Shown: piece by piece, positions 48,116-58,048 of the stretch
Numbering within the stretch: the stretch's first letter is position 1
Layout: each line of letters begins with the position of its first letter
Assembly: GCA_964457955.1 (NCBI GenBank)
Contig: CAYWEY010000005.1
Location: 923 to 64,922 of the forward strand
DNA: 64,000 nt
Reading direction: 5' to 3'
DNA from: Candidatus Woesearchaeota archaeon
GTDB lineage: Archaea > Nanobdellota > Nanobdellia > Tiddalikarchaeales > Tiddalikarchaeaceae
Notes under the pieces: model-generated
Databases searched by the model: none
What the model was told of the DNA's origin: nothing
What the model saw: only the letters and a program-made list of their open reading frames with translations
Program-made: the position numbers and the translations under genes

Positions 48116-48220
48116 CATCAACCAAATTCTAATTAATTGTTGTATTTAATTGACAACAATATTTTTTATTGGTCTTTTTTCCATTTAATATTCTAAAAAA
48201 AAATGGAGGTGAAGTAAAAA

Positions 48221-48502
48221 ATGAATTTGGAAAATAGGCTGGATGCTGGAGAAATAATAGAAAAAGCAAATAAGAGAATAATGAACATATTCAAAATAAG
48301 ATATAATAATATTGAAGGAAACAACAATGACGGACCAAGACTGGTAAAGAATCTTTACAAAAGATTTGAAAAAAGAGTGAACAGGATACAAAAAATGAGA
48401 GAAAAATATGACATGACCCAAGAAATAAGAATAAAAAAAGATTTAGAGATAAGGAATGATAAGATGAATAAAAGATTGGAAAAAGCAATACAAATAGTTT
48501 AA
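48221..48502 (+). CDS. Small basic hypothetical protein (93 aa)
   Basis: SD 'ggaggtga' 7 nt upstream of ATG; Lys/Arg-rich and likely helical. Confidence 0.35.
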   Translation: MNLENRLDAGEIIEKANKRIMNIFKIRYNNIEGNNNDGPRLVKNLYKRFEKRVNRIQKMREKYDMTQEIRIKKDLEIRNDKMNKRLEKAIQIV

Positions 48503-48530
48503 TAAGTTTGGTGAAAAAAAAACCAAACTT

Positions 48531-49754
48531 TTATAATTCTTTTATTTTCTTCTCTTTCTGCTTACCACTCTTCAAATACTTGACAGTTACAACTCCTTTT
48601 TTCTTCAAATCCTTCTCACCAACAATTATGACTGTCTCATAATTCTTGCTGTCAGCATACTCTAATTGACTGCTTAAACTCCTGCTCGTCAAGTTTAAGT
48701 CAACACTTTCATCTTTGTTTCTTAATATTTCAGCAATCTCAAAAGCTTCGTCCATGACTTCACCTACTGTTGCAATAAAGGTGATTTCTTTAGGAAAACT
48801 AGGCACTAATCCTTTAGCTCGCATAATCTCCAATAATACCATATCACCTATAGCAAAACCGACTGCAGGAGTTTTCTTCCCGCCAAAATCACTTATTAAA
48901 TCATCATACTCTCCTCCACCAAATATTGCGCGGAACTCTCTTTTCTTGTCATACGCTTCAAAAACAACACCAGTATAATAAGCGAGTCCTCTAACAATAC
49001 TGATATCAAAAGATAAGTATTTCTTATCAACATTATTGAACAATCTCTCAATCTTATTTACATCAATGTCGTGTTTTTTTAATTCATTAACAAGTTCTTC
49101 ATTCTTTAATTTAATAAGTTTAATTAATTCTTCAGACTTTTCACTAATACTATCTAATTCTTTTTTAAACTCTTCTTCACTTATCTTATACTTCTTATCA
49201 AGAAGAGTGTAGAAAGACTGCGGGTCATTAATCTTGAAAATAGGAACCAGACTATCAACTATTTTACGACTATTCACGCATATCTCAAAATCCATGTGAG
49301 TGAGTCCCACACTCTTCAATAAACTAATACCAAGATTAATAATCTCAATAAGTGATGCTTCCGAATCACTTCCAACAATATCAGCATTGTACTGGAAGAA
49401 CTCTCTTCCCCGTCCTTTCTGAGGACGTTCATAACGGAATATTCTTGGAATACTAAACCACTTCAATGGCTTCTTCAAACCCTTACCATAATTAACAACA
49501 TACCTTGCGAGTTGAGGAGTTAATTCAGCACGCAGACAGACATCCCTGTCTCCTTTATCCTTGAACCAGAATAACTGCTCCTTAATCTCATCTCCGCTCT
49601 TCTCAGTGAATAATTCAACAGGACACAAAACAGGCGCTTCATACTCTTCAAAACCATACTTCTCACTTATTTTACGAAAATTGTTGAAAATGAACTGCAG
49701 AATCCTCCAGTCAGTTGGAAGAAAATCCCTTGTTCCTTTATAAGAATTAATCAT
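48531..49754 (-). CDS. hisS: Histidyl-tRNA synthetase
   Basis: 'KGTRDFLP' N-terminal signature and 'GGGEYDDLISDFGG' block; 407 aa. Confidence 0.9.
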   Translation of the reverse strand: MINSYKGTRDFLPTDWRILQFIFNNFRKISEKYGFEEYEAPVLCPVELFTEKSGDEIKEQLFWFKDKGDRDVCLRAELTPQLARYVVNYGKGLKKPLKWFSIPRIFRYERPQKGRGREFFQYNADIVGSDSEASLIEIINLGISLLKSVGLTHMDFEICVNSRKIVDSLVPIFKINDPQSFYTLLDKKYKISEEEFKKELDSISEKSEELIKLIKLKNEELVNELKKHDIDVNKIERLFNNVDKKYLSFDISIVRGLAYYTGVVFEAYDKKREFRAIFGGGEYDDLISDFGGKKTPAVGFAIGDMVLLEIMRAKGLVPSFPKEITFIATVGEVMDEAFEIAEILRNKDESVDLNLTSRSLSSQLEYADSKNYETVIIVGEKDLKKKGVVTVKYLKSGKQKEKKIKEL

Positions 49755-49790
49755 AAATACTTAAATAATGCTTAATGTTTTTTTAACTTT

Positions 49791-50272
49791 ATGATTATCA
49801 AAAAATTATTAGATGAAGCAAAAAAGAAGGCAACATGCACCAAGCACTCCATCAGTGCAGTTATAGAAAGTATTAATCCTCAAATATCAGTAAAAGATTA
49901 TGCTGTTGGATGGAATGGACCTGACGAAGTTCATGAATGCGTTAGGAAAAATCTAATTCAGGAGAATACAATGATTCTCTGTGCAGAACAATACATGCAG
50001 AAATAAGAGTATTATGGAATGCTGAAGAACAAGGATTCGTACTCGAGAAAGGAACAATATACTTATCTGAGTGGTTCCCATGCGTTGACTGCGCCGACCA
50101 AATAATCAAGTCAGGAGTATTAAGATTAGTGACTTCTGACAAAATATATGAAGACAGAAAAAATCAATTATTGGTTGAAGAGTTAAAGAATAAATCTTAT
50201 AATTTTGAACTTGCAGAAGAAAAACTCAGGAAAGCAGACGTGGAAATAGTTGAAGAATACTCATACAGATAA
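49791..50272 (+). pseudogene. CMP/dCMP deaminase (zinc-dependent) split by a frameshift near 49945-49985
   Basis: Frame A (ORF 49791..50006): 'SAVIES...YAVGWNGPDEVHEC'. Frame +2 continues 'SLCRTIHAEIRVLWNAEEQGFVLEKGTIYLSEWFPCVDCADQIIKSGVLRLV' (HAE and PCxxC motifs) to a stop at 50270-72. An A5 run at 49947-51 lies in the switch region. Confidence 0.55.
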
Positions 50273-52195
50273 GAATCTTGCATTAACAGCAACAATAACA
50301 GTGCTCAAACTCATGAGCACAGCACCCATTGCAGGACTCAACAAGAAACCCATATTATATAATACTCCTGCAGCAAGAGGAACAGCAACAATATTATAAC
50401 CCGTAGCCCATAAAAGGTTCTGAACCATCTTATCATAAGTTGCTCTGCTGAGTTTAATGATTGAAACAACATCTTCAGGATTATTCTTAACAAGTATTAT
50501 GTCAGCACTCTCTACAGCAACATCAGTACCAGCACCTATAGCAATACCAACATCAGACTGGACTAGAGCAGGAGCATCATTCACTCCATCACCCACCATT
50601 GCAGTAACAACACCACCTGACTGGATTTTCTTAACCATCTCTGCCTTATCATCCGGTAATACTTCACTATAATAATCATCCAAACCTAATTCACTGCCAA
50701 CCCATTCAGCAACTTTTTCATTATCACCAGTAATCATCACACAACTAATACCCATATTCTTTAATTCTTTAACAGCTTCTTTTGACTCGTCACGAATAAT
50801 ATCAGAAAGATCGACAGCACCAATAATTTTTTTCTTCTCCAGAACATAAACTATAGTCCTTCCCTTCTCTCCCAACCTATTAATCTCATTATTATCAATT
50901 TTAATATCATTCTCTTTCAAGTAATTATTCCCCACAGCTCTAACTATTTTATTATTAATCATTCCCTCAACACCCCTACCCGGAATATTCCTGAAATCCT
51001 TAACTTCCAAAAGTTTTATGCCTTTTTCCTCACCTTTCCTAACAATACCCTGAGCTATAGGATGCTCAGAATTAGATTCAAGACTAACAGCATATTTTAG
51101 AACTTTATCACCACCAATAACTTCACTAACTCCAAACTCTCCTTTTGTAAGTGTTCCTGTCTTATCAAAAACAATTTTTTCAATCTTTCTCGCTTTTTCA
51201 AAAGCAGTCCTGTCCCTAACTAACAAACCATTCTTTGCAGAAATAGAAGTGGATACAGCAACAACTAAAGGGATAGCAAGTCCTAACGCGTGAGGACAAG
51301 TAGTGACTACAACAGTAACCATCCTCTCAAGAGCAAAAACGAAAGACTCACCAAAATAAATCCACACACCAAGAGTTAATCCACCTATAGATATAGCAAT
51401 TATTGTAAGCCACTTAGCAGCAGAATCAGCAAAACTCTGAGTCTTTGATTTTGATTCTCTTGCTTTCTCCACCATCTTTATAACTTGATTAACATAAGAT
51501 TCTTCACCAAGCTTAGTGATTTTCACTCTCAACACTCCCTCACCATTAATGCTTCCCCCAATAACTTCATCACCTTCTTCTTTAACAACAGGTTTTGACT
51601 CCCCAGTCACTAAAGACTCATTCACACTGCTCTTACCTTTCTTTATTACTCCATCAACAGGAATCTTCTCACCAGGCTTGACTAATACAACATTACCTTT
51701 TTTTAACTCAGATAATTCAACATCAACTATTCCATCATCCTTAACCAAGTGGGCTTTAGAAGGCAATAATTTGGTTAAAGACTCAAGTGCTTTGCCGGCA
51801 CCAATAACTGAACGCATCTCAATCCAATGCCCTAACAGCATCACAACAATAAGAGTGGATAATTCCCAGAAAAAAAACTTGCCACTAAGTCCGAAAACAA
51901 CAGCACTGCTGTAAAAGTAGGAAACAATAATAGCAAAAGCAACCAAAGTCATCATGCCCGGACTCTTACTTTTTAATTCTTTATAACTACCCTTCAAGAA
52001 AGGTATGCCTCCGTAGAAGAATACGATGCTTGAAAGAAGGAATAATAAGTAATCTTTCCCCGTGAAACTGAACTGAAAATTAAAAAATTCCTGAATAAGA
52101 GGAGAAAGTAATAGAATAGGAATCGTAATTATTAATGAAACAAAGAACCGTTTGCGAAAATCTTTCAACATCTTCTTATGATGATTATCATCCAT
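50261..52195 (-). CDS. P1B-type heavy-metal-translocating ATPase, CopB-like (CPH motif, His-rich N-terminus, no HMA domain)
   Basis: 'DKTGTLT', 'TTCPHALGLAIP', 'VAMVGDGVNDAPAL'; N-terminus 'MDDNHHKKM'. Confidence 0.85.
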   Translation of the reverse strand: MDDNHHKKMLKDFRKRFFVSLIITIPILLLSPLIQEFFNFQFSFTGKDYLLFLLSSIVFFYGGIPFLKGSYKELKSKSPGMMTLVAFAIIVSYFYSSAVVFGLSGKFFFWELSTLIVVMLLGHWIEMRSVIGAGKALESLTKLLPSKAHLVKDDGIVDVELSELKKGNVVLVKPGEKIPVDGVIKKGKSSVNESLVTGESKPVVKEEGDEVIGGSINGEGVLRVKITKLGEESYVNQVIKMVEKARESKSKTQSFADSAAKWLTIIAISIGGLTLGVWIYFGESFVFALERMVTVVVTTCPHALGLAIPLVVAVSTSISAKNGLLVRDRTAFEKARKIEKIVFDKTGTLTKGEFGVSEVIGGDKVLKYAVSLESNSEHPIAQGIVRKGEEKGIKLLEVKDFRNIPGRGVEGMINNKIVRAVGNNYLKENDIKIDNNEINRLGEKGRTIVYVLEKKKIIGAVDLSDIIRDESKEAVKELKNMGISCVMITGDNEKVAEWVGSELGLDDYYSEVLPDDKAEMVKKIQSGGVVTAMVGDGVNDAPALVQSDVGIAIGAGTDVAVESADIILVKNNPEDVVSIIKLSRATYDKMVQNLLWATGYNIVAVPLAAGVLYNMGFLLSPAMGAVLMSLSTVIVAVNARFLSV

Positions 52196-52277
52196 TATGA
52201 AAATCTATTAATTGTTTTATTTAATATTTTATTCTTTCTTAAAAATCCTTAAATTATAAGAAATATATTAACATTTA

Positions 52278-52997
52278 TTGATGAAAAAAAATAAGCGCTT
52301 CTGGGAAATGGATGCACTAAGAGGCACAGCAATAATAATGATGCTATTATCCAACCTGATGACAGACCTCAACTATTTCAATATAATAAATAGTTCTGTA
52401 AAAGATTTTTGGTGGTGGTTCGCACGCATAACAGCATCAATTTTTTTATTCATAGTCGGAATCTCACTCACATTAAGTTATAGTAAGAAGAAAGAATTCA
52501 CCAAATTCTTCAAAAGAGGAATAAAAATATTTTTTTACGGACTAATAATAACAATAGTTACTTACTTATTCATACCAAAAGATTATGTTATATTCGGAAT
52601 ACTACACTTAATCGGAGCCTCAAGCATAATAACTTATCCATTGATTAATAAACCATTTATTTCTCTTGTTCTTGGAATAATTATTTTATTAACAGGATTA
52701 TTCACTGAAAATCTTACAATTAATTCAATAAAATTATTATGGCTAGGAATCACACCACAATATTATAGTACAGTTGATTACTTTCCAATAATACCATGGC
52801 TTGGAATAATATTAATAGGAATCTATATAGGGAATAAATTATATAAGGATTATGAACGCTCTTTTAAGATACCTAGAAATAATAATATATTAATCAAGAT
52901 AATGACTTTCATAGGCAGGAATTCACTAATAATATACTTAATCCACCAACCCATTATTCTCACAATACTATACTTATTAGGTTTTACAACAATTTAG
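52278..52997 (+). CDS. DUF1624/acyltransferase-3-like polytopic membrane protein
   Basis: 'RFWEMDALRGTAIIMMLLSNL' N-terminus typical of DUF1624 (HGSNAT-like) family; several TM segments. Confidence 0.45.
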   Translation: MMKKNKRFWEMDALRGTAIIMMLLSNLMTDLNYFNIINSSVKDFWWWFARITASIFLFIVGISLTLSYSKKKEFTKFFKRGIKIFFYGLIITIVTYLFIPKDYVIFGILHLIGASSIITYPLINKPFISLVLGIIILLTGLFTENLTINSIKLLWLGITPQYYSTVDYFPIIPWLGIILIGIYIGNKLYKDYERSFKIPRNNNILIKIMTFIGRNSLIIYLIHQPIILTILYLLGFTTI

Positions 52998-53208
52998 CCA
53001 CATACTGCACAGTAAACCTTTACCAAACTTTAAAGCACTCCCAAGTCATTTAGCAGTTATTATTCTCCCATCAACAGTTAATTCCCTGCCCAGTGTACTT
53101 CTTTGATTTCTTTTCAATATTCTCTTTTTCTGAAATCCGAGCTGTTGCTTCTTTATTTTTAAGCAACCATGAATTAGCAATTATTGAAGGAGCAGTGCCT
53201 AACCATTT

Positions 53209-53391
53209 TTAATCAGTCCTGTTATACAACCAGATGAATACGTAGCCTGCAAAGAAACCAAAAACTGCTGCCTCAATCATACCAGTAATTATTCCAATAC
53301 CACTCAAATCAAAGAACATATGCCACTGCTTCATAGCATTAACCGCACCAGTATACACTCCCATATTTCCTGCAACACCTAAAAAGAACAT
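53209..53391 (-). CDS. Small two-TM membrane protein (start taken at internal Met to avoid overlap with amrS)
   Basis: The listed 102-aa ORF overlaps the upstream gene's 3' end by 71 nt; the hydrophobic portion begins at 'MFFLGVAGN'. Confidence 0.25.
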   Translation of the reverse strand: MFFLGVAGNMGVYTGAVNAMKQWHMFFDLSGIGIITGMIEAAVFGFFAGYVFIWLYNRTD

Positions 53392-53446
53392 CACAATTGC
53401 TGAAAATATTGCTGTTGTCTTACCAACCCTGATTCCACTAATTTTT

Positions 53447-54466
53447 TTAGCCAACAACCAGCACCTCCTTCCCGCATTCAGGACACTTATTATTCTTCGT
53501 AAGATTATTTTTAGCAAGATTCATACCAGTTCTTTCCAGAACCAGTTCTCCGCATTCAGGACAATAAGTATTATTAGCATCTCCTCCAGGAACATTACCC
53601 ATATAAACATATTTCAATCCAAGACTTTCTGCTTTATTTTTCATCTTCTCAATAGTATCAATTGGAGTGGGCATTACATTATTCATCTTATAAGTTGGGA
53701 AGAAGCGGATGATATGAACAGGAGTATCCTCACCACACGTATTCATTATTAAGTTACACCAATCAGTGAATTCATCCATACTATCATTATATCCTGGAAC
53801 AATAAGATTAGAAACTTCAAGATGAATATTCTGCTCAGCATAATACTCTAAACTATTAATAACCCATTCAAGTTTTGCATTAACAATATTAGAATAAAAA
53901 CTATCGCTGAATCCTTTGAAATCAATCACAGCAGCATCCAAATATTTGAAATCCTCAACAGGTTCTTCACTAATAACTCCACATGTTACAAAAACATTGT
54001 ATAATCCTTTTTTGCGTGCAATTTTGGCAGTATCATAAGCGTACTCATGAAAAATAGTCGGCTCATTATAAGTGTAAGCAATTCCGTCACACCCATTACT
54101 TATCGCGTTCTCAACAACCCTTTCAGGAGGCATATCTAATGATCTTTCCTTAATAAAACCAGATTGGGACATATCCCAATTGCAGCAAAAATCACACCTC
54201 ATTATGCATCCAAAAGTACCTATACTATAAGCCTTTGTTCCCGGCTTGAAATGAAAAAAAGGCTTCTTCTCAACAGGGTCAACATGACTAGCAGCAGGAC
54301 GACCATAAACAAGAGAATATAATACTCCATCAATATTCTTCCTCACTCTGCAGAAACCAATCTTGTCAGGAAGTATAGTGCAATTCCTCGGGCATAAATA
54401 ACACTTTACAACATTATTCTTTTTCTTCCAATAACGAGCCTCATGCATATTCTTTCTCCAAATCAC
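53447..54466 (-). CDS. amrS: AmmeMemoRadiSam-system-type radical SAM enzyme (AmrS-like)
   Basis: 'ARYWKKKNNVVKCYLCPRNCTILPDKIGFCRVRKN..GVLYSLVYG...VDPVEKKPFFHF.PGT.AYSIGTFGCIMRCDFCCNWDMS' matches the AmrS N-terminal signature including the CxxxCxxC cluster. C-terminal CPECG zinc ribbon. Confidence 0.75.
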   Translation of the reverse strand: MIWRKNMHEARYWKKKNNVVKCYLCPRNCTILPDKIGFCRVRKNIDGVLYSLVYGRPAASHVDPVEKKPFFHFKPGTKAYSIGTFGCIMRCDFCCNWDMSQSGFIKERSLDMPPERVVENAISNGCDGIAYTYNEPTIFHEYAYDTAKIARKKGLYNVFVTCGVISEEPVEDFKYLDAAVIDFKGFSDSFYSNIVNAKLEWVINSLEYYAEQNIHLEVSNLIVPGYNDSMDEFTDWCNLIMNTCGEDTPVHIIRFFPTYKMNNVMPTPIDTIEKMKNKAESLGLKYVYMGNVPGGDANNTYCPECGELVLERTGMNLAKNNLTKNNKCPECGKEVLVVG

Positions 54467-54968
54467 TTACAACTTTTTTATAAACATTATGAATCATTTC
54501 TCTGTCAAACTTCCAGAAATTATTTGTCATCTCATCCTGCTCATCCTCACTAAAATAATTCATGCAAGGAATAAAGAAATCATTATCCTCCTTACTAATA
54601 TGCTGGGGGTATAATTCAATCAAGTCATTCATCTTCTCAACCACTTTCTCAACATCATCATCTTCTTTTGCTTTCAGTAACTCCTTAACTCTTTTTCTCC
54701 CGAATTCATGCTCATCCAATAATTCGTCCATTATTTTCTCATGCTCTTCTGAAATATTTCTTTTTGAAAGTTCTGCAAAAAGAATATTCTCTTCTTTGCC
54801 ATGATGGCATTTGTCAGCATAAGTTTTTAAGAAATCCGCGAACTTATTAATAAAATCAGGATTAATCTTTTTCTCTTTCTTAATCTTGTCTTTTTCTTTC
54901 CCAGCAACAGTTATCATTCTTTCAATAACTCTGTGCTCACTCATTAAAGGACCATAAGGCTTTATCAT
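54441..54968 (-). CDS. Hemerythrin-like (HHE cation-binding) domain protein
   Basis: Spaced H/E ligand motifs 'SEHRVIER', 'HHGKEENILF', 'EEHEKIMDELLDEHE'. 3' end overlaps amrS start by 26 nt. Confidence 0.6.
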   Translation of the reverse strand: MIKPYGPLMSEHRVIERMITVAGKEKDKIKKEKKINPDFINKFADFLKTYADKCHHGKEENILFAELSKRNISEEHEKIMDELLDEHEFGRKRVKELLKAKEDDDVEKVVEKMNDLIELYPQHISKEDNDFFIPCMNYFSEDEQDEMTNNFWKFDREMIHNVYKKVVSDLEKEYA

Positions 54969-55104
54969 AGATTGTTATTAATCAGTGTAGAGTTTTAAAT
55001 ATTATGTGATATTTTTTTACCATATGGTAAATAAATAAGAACTTTTTCTTCATTAAAAAAAATGGCAAAATTTATAATGCTGAAATAATTTTTTGTGAAA
55101 ATAT

Positions 55105-56238
55105 ATGAAAAAAACATTTTTATTAATAACATTGTTATTATTGTTCACTCCTGTTTTCAGCCAGAACTGTGTTCACATGGTTTTTTTCTACAGCAACGGA
55201 TGCTCGCACTGCGCAGAGGCGGAGGAGTACTTGGATAGTTTGGAGGAAGAATATCCTTATATTGTTATTGACAGGAGGAGTATTCAGGAATCAGGTAATG
55301 CACAATTATTCATGGCTTATTTGGAAAATTATGATGTATCAGAAGATTTATGGGGTTATGTGCCAGGATTATTCATTCATAACCAGGCATATATTGGGGC
55401 GGACAGTATAATAGAGAATGTTGAACAAGACATTATTTACTGCACAGAGAATGATTGTTTATGTTCTTTTAATCAGGAACTTGCAGAACAATTTGATGCC
55501 CGTCCTTTTCCTGAAGAGAATAGTTCATCAGTTATTACGGGAGGAATGGTTCATCCTAAATCTCCGATAAAGCTGACGCTTGCAGCTATTACAATCAGTG
55601 CTTTAGTTGACAGCATTAATCCATGCGCTTTTGCAGTCATAATCTTTTTATTAACTTACTTAATCACTCTCGGCGCGCGTAAGAGAATCTTCAAAATAGG
55701 ATTAACTTATACTTTAACAGTTTTTTTGACTTATTTCTTGTCAGGACTCGGATTATTCGTTGCTGTACAATCAACAGGTATGACGCGTATAGTCTATTTC
55801 GGAGCAGCAATAATTGCATTAATTGCAGGAGTAATCAATGTGAAGGATTACTTCTGGTATGGAAAAGGAATAACACTGAGAATCCCGAAAAAAGCAAAAC
55901 CAAGTATTAAGAAATGGGTTCATAAATCAAGCCTTCCTGCAGCAGTAATACTCGGATTCTTAGTCTCACTTTTTGAACTTCCCTGCACTGGAGGAGTTTA
56001 TTTAGCAATACTCGGATTATTATCTAATAATATGACACAATTGCAGGCAATACCTTCACTCTTGTGGTATAATTTCATATTCGTCCTACCTTTATTGATT
56101 ATTGTCTTAATTGTTGGTTTCGGAGTATCAACTGACAAGCTTGAAAAATGGAGGAAGAATAAAAGAAAACATATGAAACTATTCTCAGGATTATTAATGA
56201 TAGGATTAGGTGTTCTGATGCTGGGAGGATGGGTATGA
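55105..56238 (+). CDS. Thioredoxin-like (CxxC) periplasmic domain fused to CcdA/DsbD-type transmembrane disulfide-transfer domain
   Basis: Signal peptide, then 'NGCSHC' CxxC; membrane domain with 'DSINPCAF' and 'ELPCTGG' paired-Cys motifs. Confidence 0.7.
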   Translation: MKKTFLLITLLLLFTPVFSQNCVHMVFFYSNGCSHCAEAEEYLDSLEEEYPYIVIDRRSIQESGNAQLFMAYLENYDVSEDLWGYVPGLFIHNQAYIGADSIIENVEQDIIYCTENDCLCSFNQELAEQFDARPFPEENSSSVITGGMVHPKSPIKLTLAAITISALVDSINPCAFAVIIFLLTYLITLGARKRIFKIGLTYTLTVFLTYFLSGLGLFVAVQSTGMTRIVYFGAAIIALIAGVINVKDYFWYGKGITLRIPKKAKPSIKKWVHKSSLPAAVILGFLVSLFELPCTGGVYLAILGLLSNNMTQLQAIPSLLWYNFIFVLPLLIIVLIVGFGVSTDKLEKWRKNKRKHMKLFSGLLMIGLGVLMLGGWV

Positions 56239-56897
56239 TTAGAAGGATGATTAAAGATTTAGTAAGCCCGAACACTCTGTATTATCCAGGATGCTTAACA
56301 AAATATGTATTGAAGGATTTAATGAATAATTATGAAAAACTCCTTAATAAAATAGGGGTGAATTTTATCAAACTAGAAAATATTGAGCATTGCTGCGGCA
56401 GTCCTGCAAAGAATGCAGGATACAAAAAAGATTATGAAGAATTGGTGGAGCATAACAGGAATGTTTTCAAAGAGCACGGGATTAAAAGAATCATCACAAA
56501 TTGTCCTTCCTGCCACAAGATTCTCAGCAACTCTTATCCAGACTTTGAGATAAAACATGTTCTTGAACTAATTTATGAAAAAAGAAAAAAACTAAAAAAT
56601 AAGTTAGATGAAAAAGTATCTTATCATAAACCATGTCATTTAATTCTTGAGAAAGAACCCTTAAAATTATTAGAAGCGTGCGGTTACGAAGTAATAAATA
56701 TGAATAATATGTGTTGCGGAGCAGGAGGAGGATTAAAAACGAATAATCCAAAACTCGCGAATAAGATAGCGAAAATGAAGTTGAAGAGTGCGGAGGATAA
56801 GATAATCACTTCATGCCCTTTATGTTATGCCCACTTGAAAGAAAACACTAGTAAAGAAGTTTTGGAAATCTCCGAGGTGCTGCTTGAATGCCTTTAA
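56229..56897 (+). CDS. CCG-domain Fe-S oxidoreductase subunit (GlcF/HdrB/LutA-like C-terminal part)
   Basis: Two Cys-rich CCG-type motifs 'HCCGSP...CPSC' and 'CCGAGGG...CPLC'. Confidence 0.7.
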   Translation: MGMIRRMIKDLVSPNTLYYPGCLTKYVLKDLMNNYEKLLNKIGVNFIKLENIEHCCGSPAKNAGYKKDYEELVEHNRNVFKEHGIKRIITNCPSCHKILSNSYPDFEIKHVLELIYEKRKKLKNKLDEKVSYHKPCHLILEKEPLKLLEACGYEVINMNNMCCGAGGGLKTNNPKLANKIAKMKLKSAEDKIITSCPLCYAHLKENTSKEVLEISEVLLECL

Positions 56898-58048
56898 CAA
56901 AGATTAAAGAAATTGTTGGAGAAGAAAACTTCAGTATTGAAAGAGTTGATAAAATGATTTATTCTTATGATGCTTCAAGAATTATAGGAAACCCTATAGT
57001 GATTGTATGGCCGGAGACTGAAGAACAAGTAAAAAGAGTTGTTAAAACTGCATATGAACACTTGATTAGTGTAGTGCCGAGAGGCGGGGGAACAGGACTT
57101 GCAGGAGGAGCAGTTCCTAAAAACAGTATAGTCCTTAACTTAAGTAAGTTAGATAAAATAATTGGTTTTGAGAAAAATATTATTACTGCTCAGGCAGGAG
57201 CAGTAGTTAATGATTTAAACAATTATTTATGCAGGAAGAATAAGTTTTTTCCAGTAATACCCAGCAGTTATAAAATATGCACTATTGGCGGAGTAATAAG
57301 TTGCAACAGTGCGGGAAGAAGAAGCATGCGTTACGGTAAAGCAATAAACTGGATTAATAAATTAGAACTTGTTGACGGCAGAGGCAGATGCAGAAAAATT
57401 AATAATGTAAGAAAATTCTGCGGAAGTGAAGGAATACTTGGAGTAATATTAAGAGCAGAATTAAAAACAACCAATAAGATAAATAATACTAGCATGAATA
57501 TACATTATTTTGACAGTGTTTTAGGACTCATGAATACTGTTGAAGAATTAAAAAAAGATAATAAAATACTTGAGATGGAATTATTAGATAAGAATGTTAG
57601 CAAAGAATTAGGGTTCAAAAAAAGGTATACGCTGTTTGTCGAGTATGAAGGCAATTATGGAGATTTAAAAGATGAAACAGAGATTAAGAAGATGAAAGAA
57701 TTGCGGGATAAGGCTTATCCAATATTAGCCAGCAAAGGATACTCTGTTATAGAAGATCCTCAATTCAATAATGATAATATGAAATATATGATAAGATGGC
57801 TTGAGAATAATAAAATACCTTTTTTCGGGCATGCGGGAATAGGCATAATACATCCTTGCTTCAAAAATGATGATAAATTATCACTTTTTTATGAAAAAGT
57901 CAAGAAATTGAAAGGAGACATAACTGGAGAGCACGGCATAGGATTATTAAAGAAGGATTATATTAGTGAAAAAAAGAAGGACTTACTTAAGATGTATAAG
58001 AAGAGTTATGACCCAAAGAACATACTTAACAGGGGTAAAGTATTATGA
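56888..58048 (+). CDS. FAD-binding PCMH-type oxidase (GlcD/D-lactate dehydrogenase-like), short form
   Basis: 'VVPRGGGTGLAGGAVP' FAD-binding signature; 386 aa. Confidence 0.75.
   Translation: MPLTKIKEIVGEENFSIERVDKMIYSYDASRIIGNPIVIVWPETEEQVKRVVKTAYEHLISVVPRGGGTGLAGGAVPKNSIVLNLSKLDKIIGFEKNIITAQAGAVVNDLNNYLCRKNKFFPVIPSSYKICTIGGVISCNSAGRRSMRYGKAINWINKLELVDGRGRCRKINNVRKFCGSEGILGVILRAELKTTNKINNTSMNIHYFDSVLGLMNTVEELKKDNKILEMELLDKNVSKELGFKKRYTLFVEYEGNYGDLKDETEIKKMKELRDKAYPILASKGYSVIEDPQFNNDNMKYMIRWLENNKIPFFGHAGIGIIHPCFKNDDKLSLFYEKVKKLKGDITGEHGIGLLKKDYISEKKKDLLKMYKKSYDPKNILNRGKVL

Noticed and set aside
47917-48132. 71-aa ORF overlapping tRNA-His
   Set aside because: Overlaps a well-formed tRNA gene on the same strand; Gly/Pro-rich translation derives from the tRNA T-arm sequence.
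52998-53208. Minus-strand open frame fragment ('GTAPSIIANSWLLKNKEATARISEKENIEKKSKKYTGQGINC') between DUF1624 gene and small membrane ORF
   Set aside because: No start codon or recognisable family. It may be a gene remnant but is too short to support.
53392-53517. Long version of the 102-aa ORF 53209..53517
   Set aside because: Its first 42 codons overlap the C-terminal coding region of amrS in another frame; an internal Met start gives a compact non-overlapping small membrane protein.
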